The notes: generated by a model from the letters alone, not told the origin. 64,000 nt of DNA from Chiloscyllium plagiosum (GCF_004010195.1 NC_057753.1:1811930-1875929); one strand, 5' to 3'. Counted from the first letter of the stretch, positions 1 through 12,973 are shown. A program made the numbers and translations.

Positions 1-619
1 TTTTAACTTTGAGGATCTGGTAGAAAATTGATGTTGGGAGGGGAGAACCCCAGCCACTGCATTAAACAGTGGAATAAACTCGAAGGTCGAAGAGATCTAT
101 TGCTGCGCCTTGACTCATGTCAAGGCAGTATCAACTTCGGGGGAGCCATCATTTATTAGATTTATTTTATTAATTCACCAGATGTGGACGTCGCTGTCTT
201 GGTCAGTTTTGTTGTTCAATTTAAGAGTCATTGCTGTGCATGTGGATTCAAATGTCAAGTAGACCAGATGTAAAAGCAGCAGCCGGTTTCTCGAAAGGAC
301 ATGAGCGAATGAATTTGTTTACCCATCAAACGTTTCATGGTCATTGGAGACACATAATTCTAGATTTGCTATTAACCTGAAATCCTACCAACCACCATGG
401 CAGGACTTGAACAAGGAACCCCAAATCATGACTTGGTATCTGTAAAGTGCTACACTAGTTCATCAATAGGCTGGGCAAAGATGCGTCCCAGAGGTTAAGG
501 TGATGGACTTCTTATGTAGCATGTTATGCGTGCGTTGGCTAAAATCAATGTCTCATCACCATTTCAGTCAATGTTTAACTCCGTGTTATTTCGGGATGCT
601 TGCCCAGCTTTTATAAGAG

Positions 620-873
620 ATTTTGCTGTGGAGAAAATTTGGTTAGAGAGAAAACAAAACTACAGATGTTAGAATTCAAAGTAGAAATGCAGCAGACTGG
701 AAGAAAACAGCAAGCCAGTCAGCATCAGGAGGTGGAGACGTCGATATTTTGGGAAGAAGCATTACATTCGAAACATCGGCTCCTTCATCTCATGTTGCGA
801 CTGGCTTGCTGAGGTCTTGCAGTCTCCTGCCTGTCTACTTTGGATTCCAGCATCTGCAGTTTATTTTGTCACT
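620..873. mobile_element. Short fold-back (inverted-repeat) insertion derived from Penelope-like element terminal repeats
   Basis: Arms at about 650-740 and 775-870 are imperfect reverse complements (cagcaagccagtc / gactggcttgctg; ttcaaagtaga / tctactttgga). Flanked by a 14-bp direct repeat, agcttttataagag (606-619) and agcttttgtaagag (874-887). The homologous unit positions near 19680 and 53470 lack the insert. Confidence 0.65.
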
Positions 874-1194
874 AGCTTTTGTAAGAGCTAGAAAGTTCTC
901 CTTCTCAATTTATCACACCAGAGAGCGTGTACTTCAGTGAAAAGTAGAAGAAGGGTTAAAAACCTTTTGACAAACCATTTTGGAATTTGGATTCAAGTGC
1001 CATAATGAAAAGGGGCAAGAATTTCCTTCGTTTCTTTCCTTCTATCATTATCTTATGTGAATTTGCACCCAAAGCAAAATAAACAAGAATGATGAGGAAT
1101 CGAAAGAGCAGAAGCACAAGTTTATCAATATAAAATTTTTATTTAACTATAGTTTTCATGGATTAGATGGGTTAGAAATAGAATCCCTATAGTG

Positions 1195-1480
1195 TAGGGT
1201 ACTACTGCGTGGAAGCAGGGCATTCGACCCATCCGCTGCACTCTGACCCTCCAAAGATAGCCCCACCCAGACCAGCCCGCTGACTCAGTCCATTGACTCT
1301 ACATTTGACATAATCAATCTGCCTTACCAGCACATTATTGAGGGGTAGGAGGTAGCCAGATCACACGGAGGATTCCCACGCAGACATGCAAAGAACGTAC
1401 GAACTCCATGTCGACAGTTTCCTCAGATTCCAATTGAACTTGGGTCCGTGACGCTGTTGGACAGCAGTGATACCATTGTG
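1195..1480 (-). mobile_element. Degenerate HE1/V-SINE
   Basis: Diverged match to the clean HE1 copies at 29294-29606 and 41828-42125 (cccacgcagac, aactcca, agcagtgataccattgtg). The same-position copy in another unit is at about 54020-54305. Confidence 0.65.
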
Positions 1481-1716
1481 TCCATTATCCTCGATTACAT
1501 GAATTCTGCCAAGAAACCAGTGACATCGGACTCCCTACAGTGATTGGAGTTTGATGTCAATCACATCTAGGACTAAACTGCATTCATTCTGACAGTTGGG
1601 AATGATCCTATCCAGTACCTGGGAGAGGATTTATCATTTTATCATGTTTATATGCATGGTCAGATGGAAGCAATGTGCTTGGGTGTAAGCATCAAAATTT
1701 GTCGTTGAAATACAAG

Positions 1717-3872
1717 GTTAGACTTCGGACTCAATTAAACGATCGTGACTCCCACCCACCCTCTGAAGACCACTTCTGCAACATCCAATATATTCTATCC
1801 TCTTGGACACCCTATCCTTGGCTCTTAACATTCCTCAGCATCTTTATCTCCAAATGCCATCGCTACATTGACCACCTCAACCTGTCTATCACTCTCACTC
1901 ACTGCAGCCTCTCAACCTCTAAAGGCACAGACCTACTTTCCCTCCACTCCAACCCTAACCTCATCTTCAAACCAGCTGACAAGGGGGTAACAGTGGTAGC
2001 ATGGTGCACTGACCTCTATCTTCGCGAAGCCGGATGCAAACTCGCTGACACCTCTTCCTACTGCCCCTTCGACCATGACGTGGAGCACTCCCACTTCCAG
2101 AACTACACCAGCACAATCCCTATTTTTTCCTTAGCTACATTGATGACTGCATCTTGGTGCCATCTTCTGTTCCCACGAGTAAGATGAACCGTTCGCCAAC
2201 ATCACTGAAACATTTCACCCTGACCTGAAGTTTCACCCTCCACTTCTTGGTCCTCTCCATCTCTGTGTCCGGTGATTGACTCAAGCCAAACATCTCATTC
2301 AAACCCAGCAACTCCCACGGCTGACTTCACTACACTTCGTCCCACATTCTCATTGTAAAAGCGCGATCTCTTCCTCCTAATTCCTCCATATCCACTTTAC
2401 TTGCACCCAGGAGCAGCGGCTGCTCTCCAGGACATCCTAAATACACTCCTATTTTAAGGACAGTAATTTCCACTCCCACATGATCCAGAATGCTGTCTAT
2501 CGCATATCTTTCATTTCCCGCACCTCTGCCCTCGAAACCCAAATCCAGAACCGCATCAAGGTAGAACCCTGCTCTGGTCCTCAGATTCCAACCACGTATC
2601 ATCGTCCATCATATTCGTCATGTCAGTCAGATCCCACCTCCAAAATATGTATTTGCCTCCCTACTCCTATATACGTTCTGCATGCACCTTTCCCTTCGTG
2701 ACTGCCTTATGAGTTACACGCTGTCACCAACACACCCGCTACACCAGGCCCCGTCACCTGCCACTGCATGAGATGCAAAACCTGCGGCCACACCACCCAG
2801 GTCACCTCCATCCAAAGTTCTAAAAGACAATTTTTAAATGTCGTCTGCTATGCAGGGTAGGTCTTATGAGGAAAGGCTGAGGGACTTGAGAATGTTTTCG
2901 TTAGAGAAAAGAACGTTAATTGGTGACTTAAATTAGACATACAAAATGATCAGAGGTTTAGATAGGGTGGACAAGGAGAGCCATTTTCCTCAGATGGTGA
3001 TGGCTAACACGAGGAGACATAGCTTTAAATTGAGGGGTAATAAATATAAGACAGATGTCAGAGATATGGTTTTTCCTCAGAAAGGAGTAAGGGCGTGGAA
3101 TGCCCTGCCTGCAACAGTAGTAGACTTGCCAACTTTGAATGGTCATTTGCTAAACGTGTGGATGAAAATGGAATAGTCTCAGTTGGAAGGGCTTCAGATT
3201 GATTTCACAGGTCGTGCAACATCGTGGGCTGAAGGGCCTGTAGTATGCTCTAATGTTCTATGTTCTTTGTGCATCCTCACACTTCATTTACTTCATCCAT
3301 TGCGCTTGATATCATCTTCTCTACTTCGGGGAGACAGAGCACCAACTCGCGGAGCAGTTCAAATAACATGTCTAATCTACATGCATCAACCAACCCCACC
3401 ACTCTCTGGCCATCTACTTCAACTGCCTAAGGACATGACAATGCTGGGCCTCCTCCACCGCCAAATCAAAGCCACCCACTGACTGGAGAATGAGCACATC
3501 ATCCTCCACTTAGGGACCCTACAACCAAACGGTATTTAACATTAACTTCACTAATTGCCAAATCTCCACTTCCCCATCTCACTACAGATCCAACTCTCCA
3601 ACTTGGCACTGCTCTCGTGACCTGACGTGCCCGGTCCATCGTCCTCCCCCCATCGACTTGTCAAAATCACATCCTATTTGCAACCAAGAATCGCCGTCCC
3701 ATCTACCTTCCTTCACCCCAAACGCAACACCTATTTATCTCTCACCCCCTTCCCCCTCCAAATTCCTGATAAATACCTTCTCCCCGAAACATTGACACTT
3801 CTGCTCCACGGATGCTGCCTGACATGCTGTGGTTTTTCCACCGCCACACGTTTCGAATCTGAGTCTCCAGCA
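1717..3872 (+). mobile_element. Degenerate Penelope-like element (RT plus GIY-YIG remnants and 3' terminal repeat), interrupted by a CR1 fragment
   Basis: Translation shows IFKPADKG (ORF 1675) and YIDDC (tacattgatgactgc, about 2135). A GIY-YIG-like region lies near 3310-3350. The 3' terminal repeat cctgataaa...cccgaaacattgac...ggatgctgcctgacatgctgtggtttttcca lies at 3765-3872. Many frameshifts. Confidence 0.7.
2835..3268 (+). mobile_element. CR1/HER1-type LINE 3' fragment nested in the Penelope-like element
   Basis: ORF 2946 MIRGLDRVDKE...TRRHSFKL...VRAWNALP is the typical CR1 ORF2 C-terminus. It is followed by a 3' tail gggctgaagggcctgt and (tgttcta)n-like repeats. Confidence 0.85.
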
Positions 3873-6800
3873 TCTTTTTCCACATTAAACTCCATTTGCC
3901 ACTGCTCAGCCCAGCTCTGCAGCGTATATATGTCCCTTTCAAACCTGCAATATCCTTCTGCGCTGACCACAACTCCACCAACCTTATTATCATCCGGAAA
4001 TTTACTAACCTGCCCTTCTACTCCCTCATCCCAAGTCGTTTATAAAAATGACAAACATCAGTGACCCCAAAGCAGATCCTTGTGTTACACCATTAGAAAC
4101 TGAATTCCAGGATGAGGATTTCGAATCAACCACCACCCTTTCTCCACTTACAGCTAACCAATTTCTGCTCCAAACCAATAAACCATCCTCAGTCCCATAC
4201 CTATACATTTTCTGCAAATGCCTATCGTTTGTAACCTCAAAAAACGCTTTACGGAAATCCATAAATACCATATCAACTGCTTTACCCTCATTCACTTGTT
4301 TGGTCACCTTCTCAAAGAACTCATTAAGGTTTGTGAGGTACGACCCAACCTTCACTAAACCGTGTTGACTATCCCTAATCACATTATTCCTTTCAAGGGC
4401 ATCATAAATCCAACCTCTTATATTTCTTTCGAAGTCTTTGCCCTCAATGGTTTATAATTACCAGTGTTGCCTCTATTCCCGTTCTTGAACAAGGGGACAA
4501 CATTTGCTATTTTCCAGTCTTCTGACACCAATCCGGGAGGCAATGGCGACATGAAAATCAAAGCAAAGTTTCTGCAATCTCCTCCCTAGCTTCCCAGAGA
4601 ATCCTTGGATAAATCCCATCCGGCCCAGGGGACGTGTCTAGTTTCACACTTTTCAGAACTGGTAGCACCTCCTCCTTATGAACCTCAATCCTGCCTCGTC
4701 TAACAGCCTAGATCTCAGCATTCTCCTCGACAGCATTGTCTTTTACCTGTGTGAATACTGAAGAAAAATTTTCATTTTGCGACTGTCCTATCTCTTCGGA
4801 GTCTACTACAACTTCCCACTACTATCCTTGACTGGCCCTAATCTTACCCTAGTCATTCTTTTATTCCTGACATTACTATAGGAATCTTTCTGGTTTTCCT
4901 TTATCCTGCCTGCCAAAGACTTCCCATGTCCCCTCCTGGCTCTTCTTAGCTCTCTGTCTGTCTTTAAGTCTTTCCTGGCTCTGTTGTAACCATCAAGCAC
5001 TCTAACTGAGCCTTCATTTCTCATCTTTACATAAAACGCCATCTTCCTCTTGACAAGAGGTTCAACTTTTCAACTTCTTCAGTAAACCATTGTTCTCTCT
5101 GTCGATCACTTCCTCCTTGCCTGAGAGGTACATACTTATCAATAACATGCAGTAGGTGTTCCTTGAACAAGCTCCACATTTCAATTGTGCCTGTCCCCTG
5201 CAGTTTCTTTCCGCATCCTATCCGTCCCAAATCTTGGCCTAATCGCATCATAATTTTCTTTACCCCAGCGATAAATCTTGACCTGCGGTATATACCTATC
5301 CATTTCCTTTGCTAAAGTAAACGTAACCGAATTGTGGTCACTATCGCCAAAGTGCTCATTTACCTCCAAATTGGCCTGGTTCAATTCCCAATACCAAATT
5401 CAGTGTGGTCTCGACTCTTGTTGGCCTATCTACATATTGTTTCAGGAAACCCTCCTGCATACATTGGAGAAAAACTGACCCGTCTAAAGTACTAGAACTA
5501 TCGCATTTCCAGTCAATATTTGGAAATTTGAAGCTTCCCCACAAAAACTATCATGTTACTTTCTTTCCTATCCGGAATAACCTTTGTCATCATTTCCTCT
5601 GCATTTCAGCAATGATTCCGAGGCCTATAGAAAACTCCCAACAGGGTGACATCTCCATTCCTGTGTCTAACGTCAGCCCATACTACCCAGTAGACGAGTC
5701 CTCATCAAACGTTCTTTATGCCACCGTAATATTGTACTTTGACCACCAATGCCACATCTCCATCCCCATCCCTTTTGTCATCTTCTCTCATCTTACTGAA
5801 ATATCTAAATCGTGGAACCTGCAACAACCATTCCTGTCCCTGCTCTATTCATGTCTCAGAAATGGCCACAATATTGAAGTCCCAGGTACCAACCCGTGCT
5901 GCGAGATCATCATATTCCGGATGATCCTGGCATTGGAGTCGACACACACCAAATCAACTTCCTGCTTGCTGGTACACTCCTGTGACCTTGACGCCTTATT
6001 TACGATCTCTCGACTGCGAACATCCTGTAGAGTGGAGCTACAATTCCGGTTCCCATCCCCTGCTCAACATGTTTAAACCTTCTTGGAGAGCATTAGTAAA
6101 TCCCTACCGCCCCAGGATATTGTAATCCCTCTGGTTCAGATATACACCATCCCTTTTGTAGAGGTCCCAACTATGCCAGAATGAACCCTAATTATCCGGG
6201 TATCTGAATCCCTCCCTTCTGCACAACCTTTGCAGGCATACATTGAACTGCACCCTCTCCATATTCCTCGCTCTTTAGGACGTGACACGGGTAACAAACC
6301 AGAGATAACAACTGTGTTTTTATTAGCGTTAAGCTTCCAGTCGAGCTCTCTGAATTTCTGCCCTATATTCCCTATCCTTTTCCTGCCTATGTCGTTGGGT
6401 GCCTATGTGAGCACGACTTAGGTGTCCCCCCTCCCGAAGTATCCAAAAAAACATGATCCGAGATATCACGGGCCCTGGAACCTGAGTGGCAATACTCCAA
6501 CTGCGAGTCCCTTTCATTCCCACAGAATATCCTATCTGTCTCCTTTAACTGAGGTGTTTCTAATGACTAATTGGCTACTCCCCTCCACCCTTCACTTCTC
6601 AGCAACGGGGACAGACTCCGTGCCAGAAACCTGTACCACATGGCTGACCTCTCGGAAGTCTTGCCTCCCAACTGTATCAAAAATAGTATACTTGTTATAC
6701 AGGGGAACGGCCACAGGCAATCACTGCACTGAATGCCTCTGACCCTTTTTAAAACTCACCCAACAACCTTTGTTTCCAGGATCAAACTTTAGCTTTTATC

Positions 6801-6990
6801 TGTAACTGTGCTGCCTCCGGAATGATCCTGAGTTCATGCAGTTCCTCAGCACCCTAACAGAGTCTTCAAGGAGCTGGATTTGGGTACGCTTCCGGTAGGT
6901 TTAAGCAGCTGGGACACTAACGGTGTCCCTCACTACAAACATCCCACAGACAAAAAAATATATTGAACTGCCTGCGCTGACATCCCTGCC
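3873..6990 (-). mobile_element. Long degenerate CR1 LINE (ORF1 zinc-finger/esterase, APE endonuclease, RT), 3'-truncated
   Basis: Minus-strand translations: RT SQHGLVK...LTNLNEFFE...VDMVFMDFRKAF, GVTQGSALG and LQSWAEQWQMEFNVEK; endonuclease FKFPNIDW, PTRVETTLNLVL and EHFGDSDHNSV; esterase-like AHIGTQ near 6400; ORF1-like start MSAQAV near 6983. Confidence 0.88.
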
Positions 6991-7879
6991 AACTTCCCTA
7001 ACTCAGAAACTAAAGAAAGAAACGTAAATCATTTCCATCTAGTGGTCTCGGGTTAGAAGGAGTGAGTAAGTGGGAAACTCTGTAGGTGTGGGGTCTCGGG
7101 TTTTGCACCCAACTTATATACCAGTAGGAAAAAAAACCTGTGCACTCTACAGAAATGAAGGCCCCTGCTCCTGCGGGGTAAGTTTTTAAATGCAACAAAA
7201 CTAAATTGCAGTCTACTGACTGAAACACGAACAAAAGAGAACCAATTTTACAATAACTTACACAGTCTGAAAACCCAGTTGAGTCAATCACAACTTAATG
7301 ATGCTGTTTCAAATACTTGAAAAACACCATAAACACCCCCTGACAAAACAAATAAAATCAATCACAGGTTATTAGAGGAGAGATAGCAGCGATAGAGGGG
7401 ATCAGCATGAAGGTGTTCTTTGACCAGCGCCTCAAAAACAGACTACTTCCGAAAACCAAAGTAATCAAAACCCTGAATTTGGGAGAACTGCCGCTCTGCT
7501 TTCATTGCACAAGTGTTTTAAAAAAACACACAGGCACTTAAAAGCTCTTTCAAATAGGTATTTCCAGACATGTTGGAACCTATGCCTTTATGGTCCTTCT
7601 GAAAAAAAAAAGGGGTGGAACAATCTCGTTAAAAAAACAGCATTGTCACATCAATCCACTTCTGTGGATGGAGTAACATATTTACATTAGGTGAGATCTC
7701 TGTTTTTATACTGGGAGCGGTTTCTCATCCATCTACGCCGTAATGTTCTACTTTGTGAATATATTGAAGGTATGGTCATTGAATAGTGCAGCTTAGTATT
7801 TTCCTGGTGAACAAGGGAGTTAATTATGAATATGATGTTGATGTTCTACTCAGAGCATTCGTGCCTTGAGGGATATATA

Positions 7880-8430
7880 AATTTGTATCACAGAAACAGA
7901 ACGTAAAGTCCAACTCTCCTTGCCGACCAACTGTTCAAAATTAATCTGGTCACATTTTCCAGCATTTGGTCCATATCCCTCTAACACATTCGTATTCATG
8001 TACCCATACAAGTTTGTTTTTAAAGAAATTGTAATTTTAAATGACTCCAATCTCCATGGCTTCCGCTTATACCTCATTCCATGCATGCACCACCAACTGT
8101 ATGGAAATAATGTTGATTAGAATCCTTATATACGCTTTCCCACCCCTGATGCCTCTGGTTTTCGATTAACTGCCACGCGAAAAGAAGTACCTTGGTTATT
8201 TACCCTATCTACGATCTTCATAAATTGTAAACTACGATAAGATCACCCTTCCGACTTTGATGCTGCAGGTAGAATGGCCCTATTCAATCTCTCCATATTC
8301 CTCAAAGCCCCAGTCCTGGCAATTGCAATGTTCATGAGTTGTGCACCTTTTAAGTAACATGTTACCTAGAGCAGACAAGATTGAACACAATGCTTCACAA
8401 GTGGCCGAACCAATCTTGTTGAATGGCTGA
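7880..8430 (-). mobile_element. Old CR1/HER1 3' fragment that belongs to the duplicated unit
   Basis: LEGYGPNAGK tail translation and RLVRPLVKHCVQ. Homologous copies at about 34820-35370 and 57755-58290. Confidence 0.7.
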
Positions 8431-9606
8431 TCAGACTGAAGTAGTAGAATGGCATATTTCCATTCCTTTTCCATCTGTTTATGTACATGGTCATACTGAA
8501 CTCGGCTTCAAGCATAAGAAGTGAACATTTAAATACGGCGTTAACTTTGTGGACTGAATTCAACAGATACTTTGGTTTATGCTTCGAAAGAAAAAAATGA
8601 TCAAATGGATACTTGTAAGGAGCTCAGCTCAAACGAGTTGGTCAGAGGTTAAACAAGAAAAGTGTTTGAATTCAACTTATTTCACAGAAGGAGAGAAATG
8701 AAGAATGAAGCGTTGGGAGATATGTAGAAAGTGCTGGAGATGTATGTGGAGCATGTGCTAAGACTGGTCGAAGCTGCCAAACCCAAATTAATTCTCTCCG
8801 GACTTTTGCTTGAAGCTCCACGATGTATTTTTTTCCCCTGGGATCACTCCGGGATCTCAGCTGCTATCTTTGATCCACAAGGATCAAAACACGTGCCTGC
8901 TTGTCTCTTTCCTGATTTAGTTGTTGATGCCTGCTTCACAATTCACAAAAACACTTCCAGGTTTTTGGAAATGTTGGGATGGTGCTTTGTTTATCAACAT
9001 CAATGTATTTAATGCGTATCAGGAACAACTATAACCCCCTGAGGGAATCTCGATGTAACCTTCCTCTTGTCAAAAACTTAACTGCGAATGATGACTACTT
9101 CATGTCAGTCAGATAACTTCGTGTCATTGTTACTGGCGTCACTTGTATTTCATTAATTCCCGTGATTTTCGTACCAAATCGTCATTCAGCACATTATTAA
9201 TGTATTTTGTCCACGTTCATAACATCAATTGTGTTTCTATTATTAACATTTTGTTTTCTCAACAGGAAATGACATGGAAAATCATGGCAGATGATTCTCC
9301 CTAAGTGCATCTGTGTAATATTTCCTGAGTTCACAACGATTTGTCCAAATAGCTGTTAAGTGCTTATCAAATTATTATTTCTGAAACATTTCCTTCTACC
9401 GAGATTAAACTAATCAGCCTTTTGTGCTTGAATTGATGTGAATGAAGATTTAACCGCATTTGTCAAGAACTGCGATGTAACTGAGTGATGTGATTAACTT
9501 TCAATTACATTAAATGACAACTGATAAAGAATTCAATAACAAATCAAATGTCACAGAATATATACTACCAATCACAAAGGGACATTTGTAAGTGAATTAC
9601 TAATGA

Positions 9607-9842
9607 AAATCAGAAACAAGAACGGATGTTACTAGAAAAGCTCAGCATGTCTGGCAGCATCTATGAAGAGAAAACAGAGTTAACGTTTCGAGTCCGCAGT
9701 AAAGTCCTGAGTCCTCGAACCAGGAATTCTGATTCTAACTCTGATTTCTCTAATCTCAGATGCTTTCCGAATTGCTGACCTTTTCCAGCAACTTCCGTTT
9801 TTGTTTCTTATTTACAGCATCAACTGTTCTTTCGGTATATAC
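9607..9842. mobile_element. Short fold-back insertion derived from Penelope-like terminal repeats
   Basis: Imperfect inverted arms (agaaacaagaacgga...gaaaagctcagca and tgctgacctttttccagcaacttccgtttttgtttct). Internal gttaacgtttcgagtc. Flanked by a 9-bp TSD tactaatga at 9598-9606 and 9843-9851. Confidence 0.65.
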
Positions 9843-10847
9843 TACTAATGATCATTTAGTTGTGTTGGTATTGTAGAACCAAAGAACAGCGTTGGTGTTT
9901 AAAATTTGGAAGAGGAGGAGGAAATTTGGACACAGCCCAATGGCGCTGACACATTCAGGGGACAGAGCAAGTCACAGGGGTCAGCGAATGTCGGGGGTGG
10001 GATGGGGTTGGATTTGGGAAAATGAACAAGCGGGAAATTCTGAATGTAGTAAAATCAATGAGTGCAGTCCATACACAAAAAATACATGTGTACACGAAGT
10101 GTGAATCGGTGAATAGAAGCCTCGAATATGAAGAAAATCAAAGAAGAGCGAGAACAGGAAGCAAAGTCAGAGTCAAACACATAAATAAAACGGGACGGAA
10201 AGGAATCACACAATTCTTGAATGTTGACACCTCAAAGCTGAAAATTGCGTCGCTACTCTCCAGTTCAGACGAAACGTCCTAGACTTTCTAACTTTACTTA
10301 ATCCCTGTCCAGGAGTCCAGATCAGATCGAGAAATTACTTCCTCGCACACCCCTCTCTGAGTCCACAGAAACTGACATTGGACTGTCTCAATTTGGGCAG
10401 CGTTAAGTAAAGCAAGTCAGAACAAATGTTGCCAGAAACCTAAGAGTTGTTTTGGGAATCATTAAGAACTGCTTCAGTGACACTCAGTGGCACTGTGAGC
10501 TCTTGAGAATCGTCATAATGTCCTGTTTTATACAATTCTCATATGTCAGATCGTCATATTATTTCAAAGTGAGATTATGTACAATATTGAAATAGTCAGA
10601 GTAGACATACATTGTTTTGCAACAATTTTCCATGTTTATCGCACGTTGCCTCTATAATGCCATACGTTTGGACGAAGAATTACTGGTGTATCTCTGGGGC
10701 CTGTCAATCATGGTAGTGAATCAGGAGAAGTCATCAGCAAAGATTAATCAAATTGACAAATGTAAATGAACATAAAAAGCAAAGTGTGAGAATAATGTTG
10801 AACCCAGATTGCATTTTACTGCGATTTACGTCATTATCATATGATCA

Positions 10848-11071
10848 TTATTTAAATCTTTTAATCACTAGTGTCAGGGGAAATTTCACGAATTTCGTTA
10901 GCTGCTGTCCGAATTTACTCTGCGTACTGGCATAAATAAATGGGGTGATGCAGGAACTCAAAAGCTGAAGCATAGTCCCACCTTCATCAAGAATTAAATT
11001 TGACTCATTGTAATTTGAGAAGTAAGTCACATTCGCAATTTGAACATAGAGGAAGGTAAGGAGAACAAAAC
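10848..11071 (-). pseudogene. GPR139/142-like GPCR copy A, 3' fragment only (TM6 end to C-terminus), cut off by the gap
   Basis: TYFSNYNESNLILDEGGTMLQLLSSCITPFIYASTQSKF aligns to TM7 and helix 8 of copy C. It has a 6-nt deletion relative to copies B and C, and NPxxY is changed to TPxxY. Confidence 0.75.
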
Positions 11072-11175
11072 NNNNNNNNNNNNNNNNNNNNNNNNNNNNN
11101 NNNNNNNNNNNNNNNNNNNNNNNNNNNNNNNNNNNNNNNNNNNNNNNNNNNNNNNNNNNNNNNNNNNNNNNNNNN
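11072..11175. other. Assembly gap (104 N)
   Basis: Run of n characters. Confidence 1.
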
Positions 11176-12086
11176 GCGCTGACACATTCAGGGGACAGAG
11201 CAAGTCACAGGAGTCAGCGAATGTCGGGGGTGGGGTGGGGTTGGATTTGGGAAAAGGAACAAGCGGGAAATTCTGAACGTGGTGAAATCAATGAGTGCAG
11301 TCCATACACAAAAATACATGTGTACACGAAGTGTGAATCGGTGAATAGAAGCCTCGAATATGAAGAAAATCAAAGAAGAGCGAGAACAGGAAACAAAGTC
11401 AGAGTTAAACACATAAATAAAACGGGACGGAAAGGAATCACACAATTCTTGAACGTTGACACCTCAAAGCTGAAAATTGCGTCGCTACTCTCCAGTTCAG
11501 ACGAAACGTCCTAGAGTTTCTAACTATACTTAATCCCTCTCCTGGAGTCCAGCTCAGATCGAGAAATTACTTCCTTGCACACCCCTCTCTGGCTCCACAG
11601 AAACTGGCATTGGACTGTCTCAATTTGGGCAGCGTTAAGTAAAGCAAGCCAGAACAAATGTTGCCAGAAACCTAAGAGTTGTTTTGGGAGTTATTAAGAA
11701 CTGCTTCAGTGACACTCAGTGGCACTGTGAGCTCATGAGAATCGTCATAATGTCCTGTTTTATACAATTCTCATATGTCAGATCATCATATTATTTCAAA
11801 GTGAGATTATGTGCAATATTGAAATAGTCAGAGTAGACATACATTGTTTTGCAACGATTTTCCATGTTTATCACACGTTGCCTCTTTAATGTCCATACGT
11901 TTGGACGAAGAATTACTGGTGTATCTCTGGGGCCTGTCAATCATGGTAGAGAAGGTGAATCAGGAGAAGTCATCAGCAAAGACTAATCAAATTGACAAAT
12001 GCAAATAAACATAAAAAACAAAGTGTGAGAATAATGTTGAACCCAGATTGCATTTTACTGCGATTTACGTCATTATCGTATGATCA

Positions 12087-12973
12087 TTATTTAAATCTTT
12101 TAATTACTAGTGTCAGGGGAAATTTCACGAATTTCGTTAGCTGCTGTCTGAATTTACTCTGCGTACTGGCATAAATAAATGGGTTGATTCAGGAACTCAA
12201 AAGCTGAAGTGTAGCCCCACATTCATCAAGAATTAAATTTGACTCATTGTAATTTGATCCTGAGAAATAAGTCACATTCGCAATTTGAACATAGAGGAAG
12301 GTAAGGAGAACAAAACGTCCGACAGCAGGAAACTGCCCGAGATGGCGAAGAGTAAAACAAATGACTTTCTCCGTTTTTCCAACTCTGGGTCACTCTTACA
12401 CTCTCCATTGCTTCGGCTGTAATGGCAAATTAAACGTGCCTGACAGTGAGGACATTGAGCTGAAAAATTGGAATGAATGGAAGACAAGGGTTTGAAATTA
12501 TGACTATTCAATTAAAAGCAATCCAACAGAGTGAGGTATAATATATTGGTTTGAGGATGCAATACCAAGGTACTTTGTTAATGATAAATGATGGCCCATA
12601 AGCAAAGTCCAATGGGATGTTTCTGATATAGCTCAAAGTGCAGGCAGTTGCTATAACCAGAGTCGCAACTTCCTCAATGCAATATTTTATTTTCAGTTTC
12701 TGGCAACAAATGGCATGAACTGATCAAAGGTGAACTTGACAGTTACCCAGGCAGTAGAATCTCTGACTCCATAAATTAATATAAGATACACAATACAGAC
12801 TGGGATCTTGTCGAGTAATGTCATCGGGAAGTAAATAACTACAATCCAATTTTATATCACAGCTTTGAAAATGACGAGGACATCCATCACCGCCATGGAT
12901 ACCAGATAATATATAATGTCCTTGGAAAGATCACACATTTCCCGTGACAGGATAACAATCACTGAAAGGTTAG
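12087..12973 (-). pseudogene. GPR139/142-like GPCR copy B, exon 2 (disrupted)
   Basis: Colinear with copy C exon 2, and the acceptor catag|CTAAC is retained. Lesions: 1-nt deletion near DRF (about 12717), TGG>TGA at 12508-12510, 19-nt deletion in ICL3 (about 12418), 1-nt deletion at about 12315, and Cys>TGA in TM7 at about 12190. Confidence 0.92.

Larger units (their letters stand above)
9943..12315. repeat. Direct duplication of about 1.13 kb on either side of the assembly gap (9943-11071 vs 11176-about 12315)
   Basis: The post-gap sequence restarts at gcgctgacacattcagggg, as at 9943. Duplicate ORFs 10022/11221 and 10753/11992 appear in the ORF track. The copies differ by scattered substitutions and small indels. 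Confidence 0.95.

Noticed and set aside
5405..6076. 223-aa plus-strand ORF
   Set aside because: Antisense to the CR1 endonuclease region, with no recognisable domain.
10022..11514. Repeated ORF ...YEENQRRARTG... in two copies
   Set aside because: A by-product of the gap-flanking duplication of non-coding 3' flank; not conserved in other units.
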